64,000 nucleotides of DNA from Vicugna vicugna. Taxonomy: Eukaryota. A program made the translations under genes and the position numbers. Below are positions 27,001 through 39,667 of this stretch, piece after piece. The first letter of the stretch is position 1, and each line of letters opens with the position of its first letter. The notes beneath the pieces are model-generated. The model did not search any database, was not told where the DNA came from, and saw only the letters and a program-made list of their open reading frames with translations. Where the stretch lies: assembly GCA_013265495.1 (NCBI GenBank), contig MU058198.1, positions 5,719,779 to 5,783,778 on the forward strand, written 5' to 3'.

Positions 27001-28689
27001 CACTGGAGCAACTGGGACCAGCCTGGCTTCTTTCCAGGGTCAGGAGGGGTGAGGCAAGCGTAGGGTTCAGGATAAAAGTTGAGGAGGCACTCACTCTCAG
27101 GCATGTGGAAGTGCAGGGTCGGCACCTGGGCATGAAGGTCTCCTTAAATTGGGTGTCATGGTACCTCCTTTGCCACCCTCGTCCAGGCCCTGTTTCTTGT
27201 TCAGCCTGAGAGATTTGCTCTCTAGATGTCTATCTTCCTGTAAACAAAGATGAGTGCCCCGCCTTACACTGGCATTCCTGGCACATTTCGACATGTCTGA
27301 ATCCACTTAGAATCCACCAGAACCACTCACACATTTGTTTGGTGGACCGATTAATTAACCATGACAACCAAAAAACACCACACACTGACCTTGTGCCAAA
27401 CACTTGGGTATTTAACCAGCACCACGGTTCTATGAGGCTGTCCCTGTGATTATCCTCACTTTACAAATTCTGAGGCTCAGAAAGGTAAAGGGACTTGCCT
27501 GAGGTCACACAGCTATGAAGTAGCAGAACAGGAACTGGACCCAAATCTCTGCACTGCCTCTTCCAAGCCCCCTTCCAGCAGTGGCCTGGCTGTAAGAGCC
27601 ACAGAACAGTGGAAATGATCACTTTTAACTCACTCAAGGTGTTTAGAATGGCCCTGGGACTACTGAGTCATCAGCCCCTAAATCCATTAGTCATCACTAT
27701 AATTAGCAGCATGAATCTGGGTGCTAGTAAGATTACTATGACCACAACCATGACTGCGGAGCAGTCACTTTGTGTTGGGTTAGGTGAGTGATCGCATGCA
27801 ACCCTCACTATAAGCAGAAGAGGCGTTATTATCCCAATTTTACAGCTGGGGAAACTGAGGCACCCAAGAGTCAAGTTAGTTGCCCACAATCACACAGCTG
27901 GGAAGTCACACATCAGAGCACGATGAGGGTGGAGGGCCAGGGGCCTGGGTGAGGGTGCAGACAGCCAAGAGAAGCCTGTGAAGCATGCCAGTTCTTCAAC
28001 CAGAGACTATTCAAATGGATTGAAATCTCCTTTTGACTGGTCTTTTGGAGCCAAAATAAGGCCCCCAGGTACCTCTTCCTTCTCATTTCACCTCATCAAA
28101 AGATCATTTTCCTCAGAATCCCCACACTGTCTCCAAAAGACAACAGCCTTCCAGAGGCATAACCTTGGTGATGGGAACCAGATTTCTCCTACCTTCTGCT
28201 TTCAGCCAAGCGACATTAAATTAAGGCTTATAAAACTCACCTAACATGGTAGTAATTGTATCACCCTACTGGGGCTAGGAAGCATTAATGTCCAGTAGCA
28301 AGTTGGTCAGACAGGCATGAAGAGGCCTGGAGAAGGACGGGAGAGAGAGAAGCGCCCTATCTGGCTATCTGGGGACCCCCAGGCAAAGCCAACATGAATC
28401 TTTGGGTTAGACTGGGCTGGGGGACAGCAGGAGGAAAAGCTGGAGCCAGGACATGTTCTGGTATCAGGCGAGCGCACAAACTTTACAAGATGCTATTCTG
28501 TTCAAAGCAACTGTTTAGCCAGGGATAATGATTAATATGGCATCAATGGGGTTCCGCTAGTAACTGGTGACAGTAATGATGGTGAGCACGAATCACAGTC
28601 CCCTTCTTAGTCATGCTCACACCTTGGCATTTAACACAAGCTTAAAATACAGGGGAGATTTGTAAAGTACCTGTAACTTGTACTGAGTT

Positions 28690-29125
28690 GTTTTGGTGGT
28701 GATGAAAATATGGGTGATGGCGGCAATGAAAGCAGTGGTGGCAGAGATAGAGGTGGTGGTGACAGCAGTGATATGGCGACAAGGATAGTCAAGTGCTGGT
28801 GACAGTGGAGGATTGTGATAATGGCAACTAGGCTCACAGCATTGTGATGGTGATGGGGGCAGTGTTGGAGGGATGGATAACGGAGACAGGAATGGTAATG
28901 ACGGTGTCATACTGATGGCAGACATGGTGGTGCTGATAGTTTAGTGATGTGGCAGTGGTTTGGTGATGGTGATATATGGTGATGGTAGTGATATCATGGG
29001 TGATGGTCATCGCTATGGTCACAATGTAACAAGGACAGTAGGCCAGTGATGTGAATGGTAGAGCCTGGTGAACGGAGCTGGTTATACTAGGATGGTAGTG
29101 GTGTTGGAGGTGGTGACAACCGTCA
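28690..29125. repeat. Degenerate (GGT/GAT/GAC)n trinucleotide low-complexity tract
   Basis: Repeated ggtgat/gtgatg/ggtggt; gives rise to the H/T/I-rich minus-strand ORFs. Confidence 0.8.
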
Positions 29126-29724
29126 GCGACAGAAGATACAGGAGGATGGAGAAGAGGAAAGAAGAATCCCAGAGCATCGATATCATCAGCCTCGTTGACA
29201 GGAGCTTGGTTCCATTCGTTTTGGTGACTGGAGGTCAAAAAGCTCACTGTCCTCCAGGATAGGGACCCCTCCCCCACCCCTCACTACCACTTCAGCTGGA
29301 ACGCACAACCATGACATCTGCCCTGGAATTCCCTTCCTAGGGGGAAGACTGATCCACATTAGGTTTCATAAATGCACAGATGTCCTTCCTCCCTCCATTT
29401 CCATGCCATCTTCACCTCTGCCTGGACCTCCTAATGGGCTTCCCTGCTTCCTCCCCAACCCCTCATCATCCTTTCTCCCCACAGCAGCCAGAACCACTAC
29501 TGCAAAATGCAACTCAAATCTAGTTACTTATCTGCTCAACATCCTCCAGTGGCTGCCCATTGTTCTCAGTCTGTTATCCAGATTTCTTGTCACAGCCTCG
29601 TCTCATGTTCATCTCTTGCTCATTTTTTTTTTTTTTTTGTCATTCCTTCAGCAAGCCAAGCCGGTTCCTACCTCAGGCCGTTTGCACTTGCTATCCCCTC
29701 TGCCTGGATCATTCTTCCCCTGGA

Positions 29725-30160
29725 ATATCCACGTCCCCAGCTATCAGAAAGCAGAGCGTTCCTACAAAAGCTTCCGTAGGCCGAAATGGCATAAAGCAAA
29801 GCAGCACTTACCTTAGGACATGGTGATAACGCACAGATACTCGCAGACACAGTTCGAAGCTGTGGCGGCTGGATGCCGAGGTGCGGAGCGTGGTTCCCGG
29901 GGAAGGAGCATGGCGGTGCCGCTCTGGCTGCTGGGGCCGCTCCACGCCTCTGTAACAGCTCAGCTCGTTGCAAAACAGATGTTGAATAACACTTTCATTT
30001 TTCGCCTTTTTTTTTTTTTTCGGTAAAAGTAAATCCTCTTCGGACTTCCGTCCATTTAGTAAAAACAGGTACTCACGTCGGTCCTTCGTAGAAGTGAAGT
30101 GGCGTAAAGCAAACTTCTGGAAAGTAGGGGCGTAAAAGTGCCGTAAAGCAAACTTCAAAT
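29725..30160. mobile_element. Tigger-like (TcMar, Tigger6-like) element, CpG-rich
   Basis: ccccagctatcagaaagcagagcgttcctac...gccgaaatggcataaagcaaa resembles the recalled Tigger6 left end. Subterminal repeats aagtg(g/c)cgtaaagcaaacttc at ~30096 and ~30136. Confidence 0.5.
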
Positions 30161-30478
30161 TCCAGCTGCTCAGAGATGCCCTCCTTAACTCCCGTTTCTA
30201 AAAATGTCTTTCACTTCAAAGCACCATCACAATCTGAAAGTATCCAATATATTTATGTATCTACTTGCTTGTCATCTTTATTCTTCCAGGGGCATGTCGG
30301 CTCCAGGAATGCAGGGCCATGGTTGTCTTTTCTACCCTCCAACACGGCGCCGGACATATTTTATTTACAGGACTGGGGAAAATCTAGAAATATAGGTGGA
30401 AGGCATGTTGGTGAGTAGGGGGCTTCCATCCTCACCACCATCTTTCATCTACTACAAAACTTCAAGAAGCATCCCCCT

Positions 30479-30595
30479 TAGGATGACAGATGGTCCCAAT
30501 TCATCCAGGATTGTCCCAGGTTTAGCACTGAAAGTCCCGCATCTATCTTGGGATAGACCTCAGTCCCAGGAAAACCAAAACAGATGGTCACACTA
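30479..30595. mobile_element. MER81-like hAT-Blackjack MITE
   Basis: TIR-like ends taggatgac...ggtcacacta; internal gtcccaggtttagcactgaaagtccc. Confidence 0.65.
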
Positions 30596-30599
30596 AGCA

Positions 30600-30815
30600 C
30601 AGGATAGCAGTTAGGAGCCCAGATGCTGAAGCCAGGCCACGGCATCCACTGAATCCCAGCTCTGCCACTCACCAGGTCAGACCAGCTATGGGACTTGGAG
30701 CAATTTACTTAGTGCTCTGTGCCTCGGTTTCCCCATTTGTAAAATGGGGATAATAATAGTTCCAACTGTACAGGGTGGCGGTGGGGATTTAATTGAGTTA
30801 ACATTTGCAAAGCAC
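30600..30815 (+). mobile_element. MIR SINE
   Basis: gaatcccagctctgccact...ctctgtgcctcggtttccccatttgtaaaatggggataataatag (MIR core). Many further MIR/L2 copies occur through the window (e.g. ~3030-3390, 17590-17790, 22940-23110, 27420-27900, 37830-37990, 52700-52920). Confidence 0.8.
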
Positions 30816-31439
30816 TATGTAAAGCAGTACGTAAAGGACAGTGTGCCTATTGTGTAGCAAATGTCCTGTTGAATAAATAACCCACCTTTCCCCTCACCTC
30901 GAGGGAAACACCAATTGAACAACCAAAGTCATGAGCTTGTAGCGAGTACTCTCTCTCTGAGTGATAGCCCCAAGGTGGCACTTACTGTCTCTTGCTGGTC
31001 CTGCGAAGCAGCTTGTTCAAATGCCAACCACCACGTGTCACCTTAGCTGGCGGAAAGTTGTTCCACTTGGTGATAGCCCAGAAATGATGATGCTTTGCTG
31101 TTCTACTTGGAAGTCAGGCCGGGCTATTTATCAGTTTGGGCTCCTGCCGGTCTCGGCAGAGCTGATGAAGAAGAGAAAAATCCAGGGCCGGGAGCAGGTG
31201 TATTGAAGCACAGACGTTTTTCTGTGCGGCCTTCTAGCCAAATGAAGCATGAAATGTACCAGGTCTTTCCTGCTCTGGGCCCGCCCACCCGGCTGATGGC
31301 TCCTTCACAGGGTCTCAAGGTCAGCCCCAGCCCAATCCTAAAGGCTTTCACCCAACCAGAGACTTTGGACCCCCTCCCTCCTTATTTAAGGAGAAGGTAT
31401 GAGTTTGGTCCTTTCTGAATAAAAGTCAGCATCATAGAA

Positions 31440-31815
31440 GGGTGTTCTCAACCTGGCTGCATATTAAAATGACCTGGGAGAGTTTTAGAAAATACCTATG
31501 CCCTGATCTCACCTCGTACAAAGGAATCAGAACCTCTTAAGGTAGGAACCTGGCACTGGACATTTTTCAAAACTCCTTAGATGAATGGGGGAGGAAGATA
31601 GCTCAGTGGTAGAGGGCATGCTGAGCATGCACGAGTAGAGCTTAGCATGCACAAGGTCCTGGGTTCAATCCTCAGTACCTCCATTTAAAAAAAAGTTGAG
31701 AGTGCCTGTTTCCCACATTACTATACGTTCTTGATATTACCAAACTTGAAAAATATCTTATTTTTAAAAATACGTAAATAAAATAAAACTCCCTAGATGA
31801 TTCAAATGTGCAGTA
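31440..31815. mobile_element. MER5-like MITE split by a SINE insertion
   Basis: gttctcaacctggctgcatattaaaatgacctggg...aaaactccttagatga [insert] aaaactccctagatgattcaaatgtgcag. Confidence 0.7.
31585..31784 (+). mobile_element. tRNA-derived SINE (Vic-1 type) with internal duplication and 3' extension
   Basis: ATAGCTCAGTGGTAGAG..GGTTCAATCCTCAGTACCTCC; duplicated GCT(G/T)AGCATGCAC; TSD AAAACTCC(T/C)TAGATGA at 31569-31584 and 31785-31800. Confidence 0.85.
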
Positions 31816-32163
31816 AATTTGATGCCCAGATGCATATTTTTAATTCAGATTGAATTAATATGTACTGAGTCCCTTCCCAGGCTAGCTGTTTATTGTTTTC
31901 ACCCTCACAAATAACCTGGTAAATAATCCTGGTATTACAATAAACCAAGGCTCAAAGAGAAGTGAGTTGCCCAAAGCCCACAGCTAAAAATGGCAGCAAA
32001 GGTCTTGACACCCCATCTTCAGGTTCCAGGCCCCATCTCTACCATTCCAGAAGCTACTGTCCCTCTAATGTAGCTTCTGGTGCCTGGATTATGGGGCCTG
32101 GCTGACAATGTTCATTTCACTGTCCCCAGCTTCCACATTCTGCCTTTCCCTCTCCTTTAGTAG

Positions 32164-32728
32164 TGTAATGAGTAAGGGCTCATGTTCCCACAGCACAGAA
32201 AGCTAGAATCTGATGGCAGGTCTTTTCAGCAAAGTAAGGGTTTATTTGCAGGGCACCAAGCAAGGAAAATGTGCAGCTCATGCTCAGAAGACCCAAAGTC
32301 CCCAATGGCTTTCAGGCAAGGGTTTTTAAAGACAGTTAAGGAAGAGGGTCTTAGGTTGCGTGATCCACGCATGGGCCTTCTTCTGATTGGCTGATGCTGA
32401 GGTAACAGGGTGATGTTTTGGGATCTCCATCATCAACCTTTTGGTTCCAACCAGTCTGGGATTCACCTGCTTGTGGTCAGCCTGGAGTCACTACCCTCCA
32501 CCAGGTGGGAGTCTTAATTTCTGTAGAATAACTCAAAAGATATGCATCATATTATTATGTACAGCCCTTCAGGAGGACTAGGAGTCCTGTGACTCTATTG
32601 TCCTAATCATTAACTGCTTGAGTCTGTTCTTTGGTGCTCAGGGAAGGCCTGGGAGACTAAAGCCTTTTTTCTACAAACAAGGAATGGGAGACATGAAGAG
32701 CGGCCCCACAGGGTCCTGCTTTGTTTCA
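32164..32728 (-). mobile_element. ERV1-type LTR, probably lineage-restricted
   Basis: TG...CA ends, minus-strand AATAAA (tttatt ~32241), TATA-like ttttaaa and CCAAT (attgg) in LTR order. Confidence 0.6.
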
Positions 32729-33714
32729 ATCCCGAGGGGAACAGGTACCAGAGAAGAAAGGGAATAAAGATTTGGATAGAGAAGTTAATCATAAACTCAT
32801 AGAGGAACTCAGTTGCATGGGGACTCAGTTTCAGTGAGAGGCTAGGGACCACTGTGCTTAGGAGCCAGGAAGCCTGGGAGTGACCTTCAGTCCAGCCACT
32901 GTGCATCTCTGCTAATAATGTCTCCTTCTGAGGTTTAAATAATATTAATGCATGAAACAGCCGAGGCAGAGCCCTGCCTAGAAGTCAGCAAATCCCATTT
33001 CCCATTTCCCACGGGTGCAGAAATAGACTACATCTCCCAGCCTTCCTTGCAGTCAGGTGTGATCATATGACTGAGTTCTGGCCAATGAAAGCAAGCAGAA
33101 GTGATGTCATTACTTCCAGGCCCCACCCATCACAACCTCCCAAGTCCGCACACCTGCTACCCCAGCCTGCTGATTGGAAGGAATGGAGCCAGCTTCCCCA
33201 TCTGTAAAATGGGGAGCATGAGGGTCTCAGTATGTACTTCAGAGGGCTGCCATGTGAACTGGTGGAGTTAATACATGTAAAGCATTTGGAATGACGCACA
33301 GCACATGGTGAGCACTGTACACTATTACTATTATTCTCTACCCCCGAGGAAGGAGGCAGGAGTAGACACTCCCTTCCACCCCTCCCCCCTCAAATATATC
33401 ACCCCTTCAAGGTCAGGCGTAGGTCTGCTTGTGGCCGGACTTGCTTTACAGGAGTGTGCAGTGGTTAAGGGCTTAGGTAGGCAGACTTGGGCCCAAACTC
33501 TACTCTAGGCCTGTTTATAGGGTCCTCACGGCAGGGAGGAAAGCCATGCTCCACTCCCTTTCCCCTCCCTCTGGATTTGTTACTATTCTGCACTCTTAAC
33601 ACCTGCCAATAAAGACTGTCCACACTGAGAAAATAAAAATAAATAAAAAAGAAGATGATAGACCCTACCCAGTAACACTGTGAGAACGAATTGAGATGAT
33701 TCCCTAAAGGTGTG

Positions 33715-33875
33715 CCTCTCAAGGAAGGGTCCCCAGACCAGAAGCATCAGCATCGCCAGGGAACGTGTTAGACAAATTCCTGGGCCCCACTCTAGACCTG
33801 TTGAATCAGAAACTCTGTGGCTGTGTTTTCATAGGCTTTCCAGATGATTCTGATGCACATTCAAGTTTGAGAATA
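33715..33875. mobile_element. MER5A-like MITE
   Basis: ccagaccagaagcatcagcatc..cagggaac-tgttaga...gaatcagaaactctg...gatgattctgatgcacattcaagtttgagaa. Confidence 0.75.
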
Positions 33876-36800
33876 TGGAGGGCTGAAATGAAGGGCTCAC
33901 TTCCATGCCCATTATGTGAGAAAGCCCTCCGAAGAATGGGATTTTCGTCTCTGGGGGCAAACAACCGGACCCTGGAGAAGGGTGACAGCAACCTTGCATC
34001 TCATCCACAAATTGGGTTGCTCAAGAAATAGATCCTTTTTTTTTTTAACTTTCTGTAACCTACTGGATCTCTGACTCCTGCCCTCCTTTTTGCTCCATTT
34101 AACAGCATAAGAGTGAACATCAGTCCTTCCTGACTGTCCCACTCCCTTCTGGGGCGGGGTTCCAGCTCTCAGGCTTCACACGATGCCGTGATGTTACAGT
34201 CAGTTTCTGCGGGCTGTGGGTCACTGTCCACATGGGTTACCACAGAGATTTGCTTCCTTCCTGTCTGCACGACCCCTTCAGAAGCAGCAGCTCTCTGTTG
34301 CTTTCAAAACATGCTTTGGATCCCCAGAAGCTTCGCTCAAGCTGTCTCTGGCACCATCATCCGGAGCTGGAGAATTCAGATGTCCACAGGGGTCAGACTA
34401 GGGTGGGAAAGGAGCCAAGTGCAAAGTAGCAAGTTCATGTCAGGCCCACAAGGATGAGGGTGGGGCAGCCTCATGGGAGCACAGGGCCAGATCTCTTTTG
34501 CTAGACAAACTGCAAATCTGGACCTGAATTTTCAAGAGAATTTTGAAGTATCCAATCTCTTAAATGTTGACAAATAACTAAAAAAAAAATTAAGACAATG
34601 CATTTAAAACCAAGCACAGTTGTGGGCAGGATTCAACCCAAGGCAGGGTTGAGTTGGGGTCTCTGGCCTTAGAGGCAGCCTCTTCTCTGGGACCTTGCCC
34701 AGGAAATGCTGAGGAGTAGAGTCCAGCACCAACTGCTCAGGCCCCAGCCTTCCCCCTCTCATCCATCCCCTGCCCCAGCCAGGAAAGTCTCTCTGCAGTC
34801 TGGGGAGGGGGTCCATTCTCCCCACTGCTATTCCAGGACCTTCCATGATGCCACAAATCCCCTGCAGCCTCTTAGTTCTTCTGAGAACACTCTAAGTTCT
34901 GCTGAAAGAGAAGAAAAGCCAGGGAAGACTTAAAGGCTATTTCTTCCTCTGCTTCTGTTACATCCCTCCCCTGAGGCAACAGCTGTCTGCTTTGATGAGA
35001 AGTGAAAACTGGAACTGGAGGCAGGAGGAACAATAAAGGAGATAAAGTAATATATCAAAATATGATGCTGCTTTGGGTAGAAAAGCAGATGGGAGGAGGT
35101 GGGGGAGGGTGGGGCCAAGAGGAGTTAAGTCACTGGGACCTGACTGGGATTCAGGCCATTCCTCTCCGTGGGGCAAAGGGATGGGCTGGATTACTGGTTT
35201 AGATGGGGTAGTCAGGGAAGGCTTCTCCGAAGAGGTGACATTTGAGCTGAAATCTGACTGATAAAGGAGCCAGTGTGGAACCAACCAGAGCAAAGTCCTT
35301 CCAGGAAGAGGGAACAGCAAATACAAAGACTCCAACAGAATTCAAAAGAGGACCAGCTCAGCAGTGAGGGAGGGCAGAAGAGCCAGACACGTGTACAGGA
35401 CCCCAGGTGGCCACAGAGGGTCGCTTGGATTTTCTTATAAGGTCCTTTTGGAGGGAGGTGAGACAGCAAAGGGCAGCAGCATCTCATTGGCCTTTTTCTG
35501 AGTTCATTCTGGCTGCTGTTTGGAGAACAAACAGTAGGGGGCGCAAGAGTAGCAGCGGAGCCAGGTTAAAAGCTGCAGCCATTGTCAGGAGGGGAAGGTG
35601 GCCCAGGCCAGGGCACTAATAGAGGATCTGGGGACTGGTGCTTGCATGCAAGGTGTATTTCAGAGGTGCTGCCTGTCAGACTCACTGGTGTAGGACAAAG
35701 GAAGAAAACAATAATAACAATAATAAAAGAATAAAATAAATGAAGGAATCTGGATGACGCCTTATTTTTTGCCCTGAGCATTGTTAACTGTTGATTTGGG
35801 CCATTCAGTCATTTCTTTATTCAGCAACTTTACTGGACACCTACTGTGTGCCAGGCTGTGCGCTATGCCCTGGAGAGCTACAGGGTTGGTGTCCCCAGGG
35901 AGCCACCCTAAGTGACCTGGGTTTTCTATGATCCCCTCCCTGCCGATTGCAGCGAGGGAGTGAGAAAAACAGCCATATGTTCCCACAAGTGAAAATCCTC
36001 TCACTGAGTCACAAATATTTACTGAGCACCTACTATGTGCCAAGCACAGTTTAGCAGCGAACAAGACGAGCGAGGTCCCTGCCATCAGAAAGCTTCTATG
36101 AACAGACAGAAAATAAACACCGATTGACAGTGCATGTTACATGAGAAAGGTGTGAGTGCTAGGGAGAAAACCAAACCAGCGGACAGGGGAGAGGAAGGCT
36201 AGAGCTGCCGTGTTAACTAGTAGGTTCCGAGAAAGGACTTAGGGGCCCAGAGGTGAAAGCAGTGAGCATGGGAAATCAGAGATGGAGAAGGAGAGCTCCA
36301 GGTAGGAGAAGCCAGAGCCTCAGTGACTCTGAGGACACCGGACTGTCCCCCCAACACACACACGCTCATTCTAGAAGCAGCAAGGAGCTGGAGTGTCTGG
36401 AGCAGACCGAGTGAGACAGGCAGGACTAAGAGCACAGAGTAGGACCACATGGGCAGGGCCCTGTGGACCATGGTCAGGACTTCGGGCTTCACTCTGAGTG
36501 ATATGGGGACTCAGCCGAAGGTCCAACTCGCCGAGGTCCACTCCCTTCAGCTACTCTGCTGCCTCCCCCTTATACCCACCAACCTCCTTGAGTCCCAGGG
36601 AGGGCTAGACACAGCCCCCTAACCTTCCTGGCTTTTCTAGCTTAGCTGCCATCTCTAGGGCCAGCATTATATGTGATTTACAATCCCTCCCCCAGGGATG
36701 GTGTATCTGGGGGCATCTGTTAGTTTTTATTGCTTCTGGCCAGGGCTTTGGTACTCCTTCACAGATCAAATCACTGTCCGCCTTTCCGCTAATTCAAACA

Positions 36801-39667
36801 GCTGGTTACCGCTCACCGATTCCTCCGCTCTAATTGCCAAGGGAAGAATTATAAATAAATGTGTACAAGCAAACAGATGCTGTCATTTAAAAAATCGATC
36901 CATCTAGCAAAAATGCCCCACTTAGGACTGCAGTGGCAGACTGCAGAGCATGTGTCTTGGTGGCATTTTTAATGAAATCAGAAAAACAATGGCGGAGCTC
37001 GCTAATGGATTCCCAAGGAGCAAACAGCCAAGGACGGAGGGAGGGAGGAGGAGGTATGGACCCACTTTGTGGCTCCAACAGGCGGGACCCAGAGCCACAG
37101 GGCTCCATGCTCTTCTGAACATGCTTCCCTTCTTTCCTCTTCCAACCTTCCCCTGCCTCTTTAACCTGTTGTGATTATCAAGTCACATTCCTTTGTTATT
37201 ATTTGTGAGTCTCAGACACATCTGGTGGTCCTCAGTTTTGAGGTTTCTAGGACCCTCAGTCCAGGGTGAGGTGTCATCCTCTTTGCTGTCCTGGGCAAAC
37301 AGCTAGACCATCTCCCATCCTTTCTTGCAACCAGGTTTGTACTGAGAGGCCACAGGAACCAGAACAGAAGTGATTTTGGTCAGGTCTGGCCCATAAAAAT
37401 CTCCCACATGAGATCCATCACCATCTTTCCCATCCGTGGACCGAAGGGTGAGGACTCTGAGGGCCCTGCAGGGGGTGGAGCCTCGGCTGGAAGCAGTGGG
37501 TCCCTGAATGACAGCGTGGAGCAGAGCCTCCTGTCCATCTACACTGTGATGCAGTGAGAGGGAGAAATAAACTTGTGTCCAGCCAAAACTTGGGGGTAGT
37601 TTGTTACTGCAGGGATCCTACCCTGACTAATACACGAGTCTCAAAATTCATTCATTCACTTATTCATTCACTGAGCACAAATAAAAATAATATCTAATTA
37701 TCTCCTTCAGACACCAGAACAGTCTGGTGCAATGAATGATGTGAGCTTACTTTTCTGATGGAGAAACCTACAGTTCAGAAAGGTTAAGTAACCTGCTAAA
37801 AGACACACAGCTGATAATAATCGTAACAACAGCGATCACTTAGGGAACACTTTGTATGTGCCAAACATTGTGCTAAATGCCTCATATGCAGTTTCTTCTC
37901 TGGTCCTCAGAAAAATTCTCATAGGTATTGTTATTATTCTTATTTTACAGATGAGGAAACAGGCTTAGAGAGATTAATCAACGTGCTTGAAGAAGAGAGG
38001 GAGGGAGAACAGAAGGAGGAAAAGAAGGAAGAAAGAAGGAAGGAAGGAATACACAAAAGCAGTAGGATTCAGACTTTCTAGGCTGAACAAGCTAATACTG
38101 CCTGTTCTTGCAATCCCAAGAAGTTTCTAATACGCTAATCGCTTTGCATCTTAAAATACCAGCTTACCTCAAATCAGGCCAGCCCTAGAGAACTAGAAAC
38201 ACACACACACACACTCCATAAAGGTTAAAACCATTACATCAAAATAAAACATATGGCCACCCAAATCTGCATTTATTACACCTAATTGGAAGAGACATAG
38301 TCAAGTACATGAATATTTTAGCAGTTTCTAACATGCAAATCACCGTGCCAAGACCCAGTTACTCGCTAATCGGCACATGGCCGGCTGTTGGTGGTTGAGT
38401 TGGAACGGATGAGTTCCTTCCTCTCCCTCCCGGCTGCGGTGTTTGGGTGGTCTCTCATGCGGGGTCAGTCTGCATTTGCTTCTACCTCTAAAGAGCACCC
38501 CATGAACAGAAAGACTTGAAAAGCTCCCTCTCACCAGGTTTATACCCTTGATTAGTGTCTGGGGAACACAGTGTGCACAGGCAAGTTATTTGACTTTAAA
38601 ATCAAATAGAAAATTCAGATCTTTTCATGTCATCTCTGACTCATCAGCTTTAATGAAGAGCTTCTAGTGATTGTTGTTCAAGCTACAGGACACACAGGGA
38701 ACAAATGGGAATTAACAGAGATTTATTTTCTGGCCAACTCCAATAAAGGCCAGCGTTCCCATGCAGAGAGCAAGATGAGAACACAGTGGTGGTATTTTCC
38801 CAAATGCTACTCATCTGAGTGTCCTTGCCCTGATTTCCACCATGTCTGAGTATCACCTAGCAAACGATTCACCTATTTTTCTTTGAACTAACTCACTTTT
38901 GGGGGAGTAAATTTTGCATCATTATGTAACTGAAAATCCAGTATCACTTGCCCTATGCAAGGTGTATGAGTTAGGAAAGGCTAGATGATGCAGCAGGAAC
39001 AGTTGATCCCCAAAGTTCAAAGGTTTCCCACAACACATGGTACATCTCCCAGGTGGGCTGGCAGAGGGTCCACTTCATTCAGTCAGTGAGTCTCAGGCAG
39101 AGGGAAGGAATGTCATCTTAGAACAGGCAATGCAAGAACAGGAGGGTTGCTCATAGGCTTTTAAATCTTTCAGGCACAATCCGTTGGCCATGGATAATCA
39201 CATGGCTCTGCCTAAGTGCAGGGGACTGGGACACGTTGGGGGGCTGTGTGTGTGTCCTGGTTAAGTAGTGAATGTCTGTGCTGCAAAGGGTAACCGCCAA
39301 AGTTAAATAAACAAACAAATACAATATGATTAAATTCTACCCATAAGGCTGTGCTGTAAGGATGCTCCAAATCAGAACATTAAAAAAGGAAAGAGATTAG
39401 CGAGTGTTAGAAATGCATTCAAGGCACCTGTAGCACCCAACTGAGACCTTCTCCTCGACTCCAACAAAAGAACTAGGAGAGCACTGGGAAGGCAATGATT
39501 GCCTCCCAAGGTGGCTCAGTGTAATTTAATGCATGTCCCTGTATCAGCTAAAACCATCTTTAAGAAAAACCATGGAAAGAGTTTCTTTGAAGCAAAACAG
39601 AAACCAGACACAGATGAACGATGTTTTAAATGCAGTAAGAATCCTTGAGTGTGCACAGCATTGCTGA

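Noticed and set aside
25856..27209. 241-aa (-) and 197-aa (+) ORFs in a mildly CpG-rich patch
   Set aside because: No homology recognised; overlapping ORFs on both strands are typical of GC-rich non-coding DNA.
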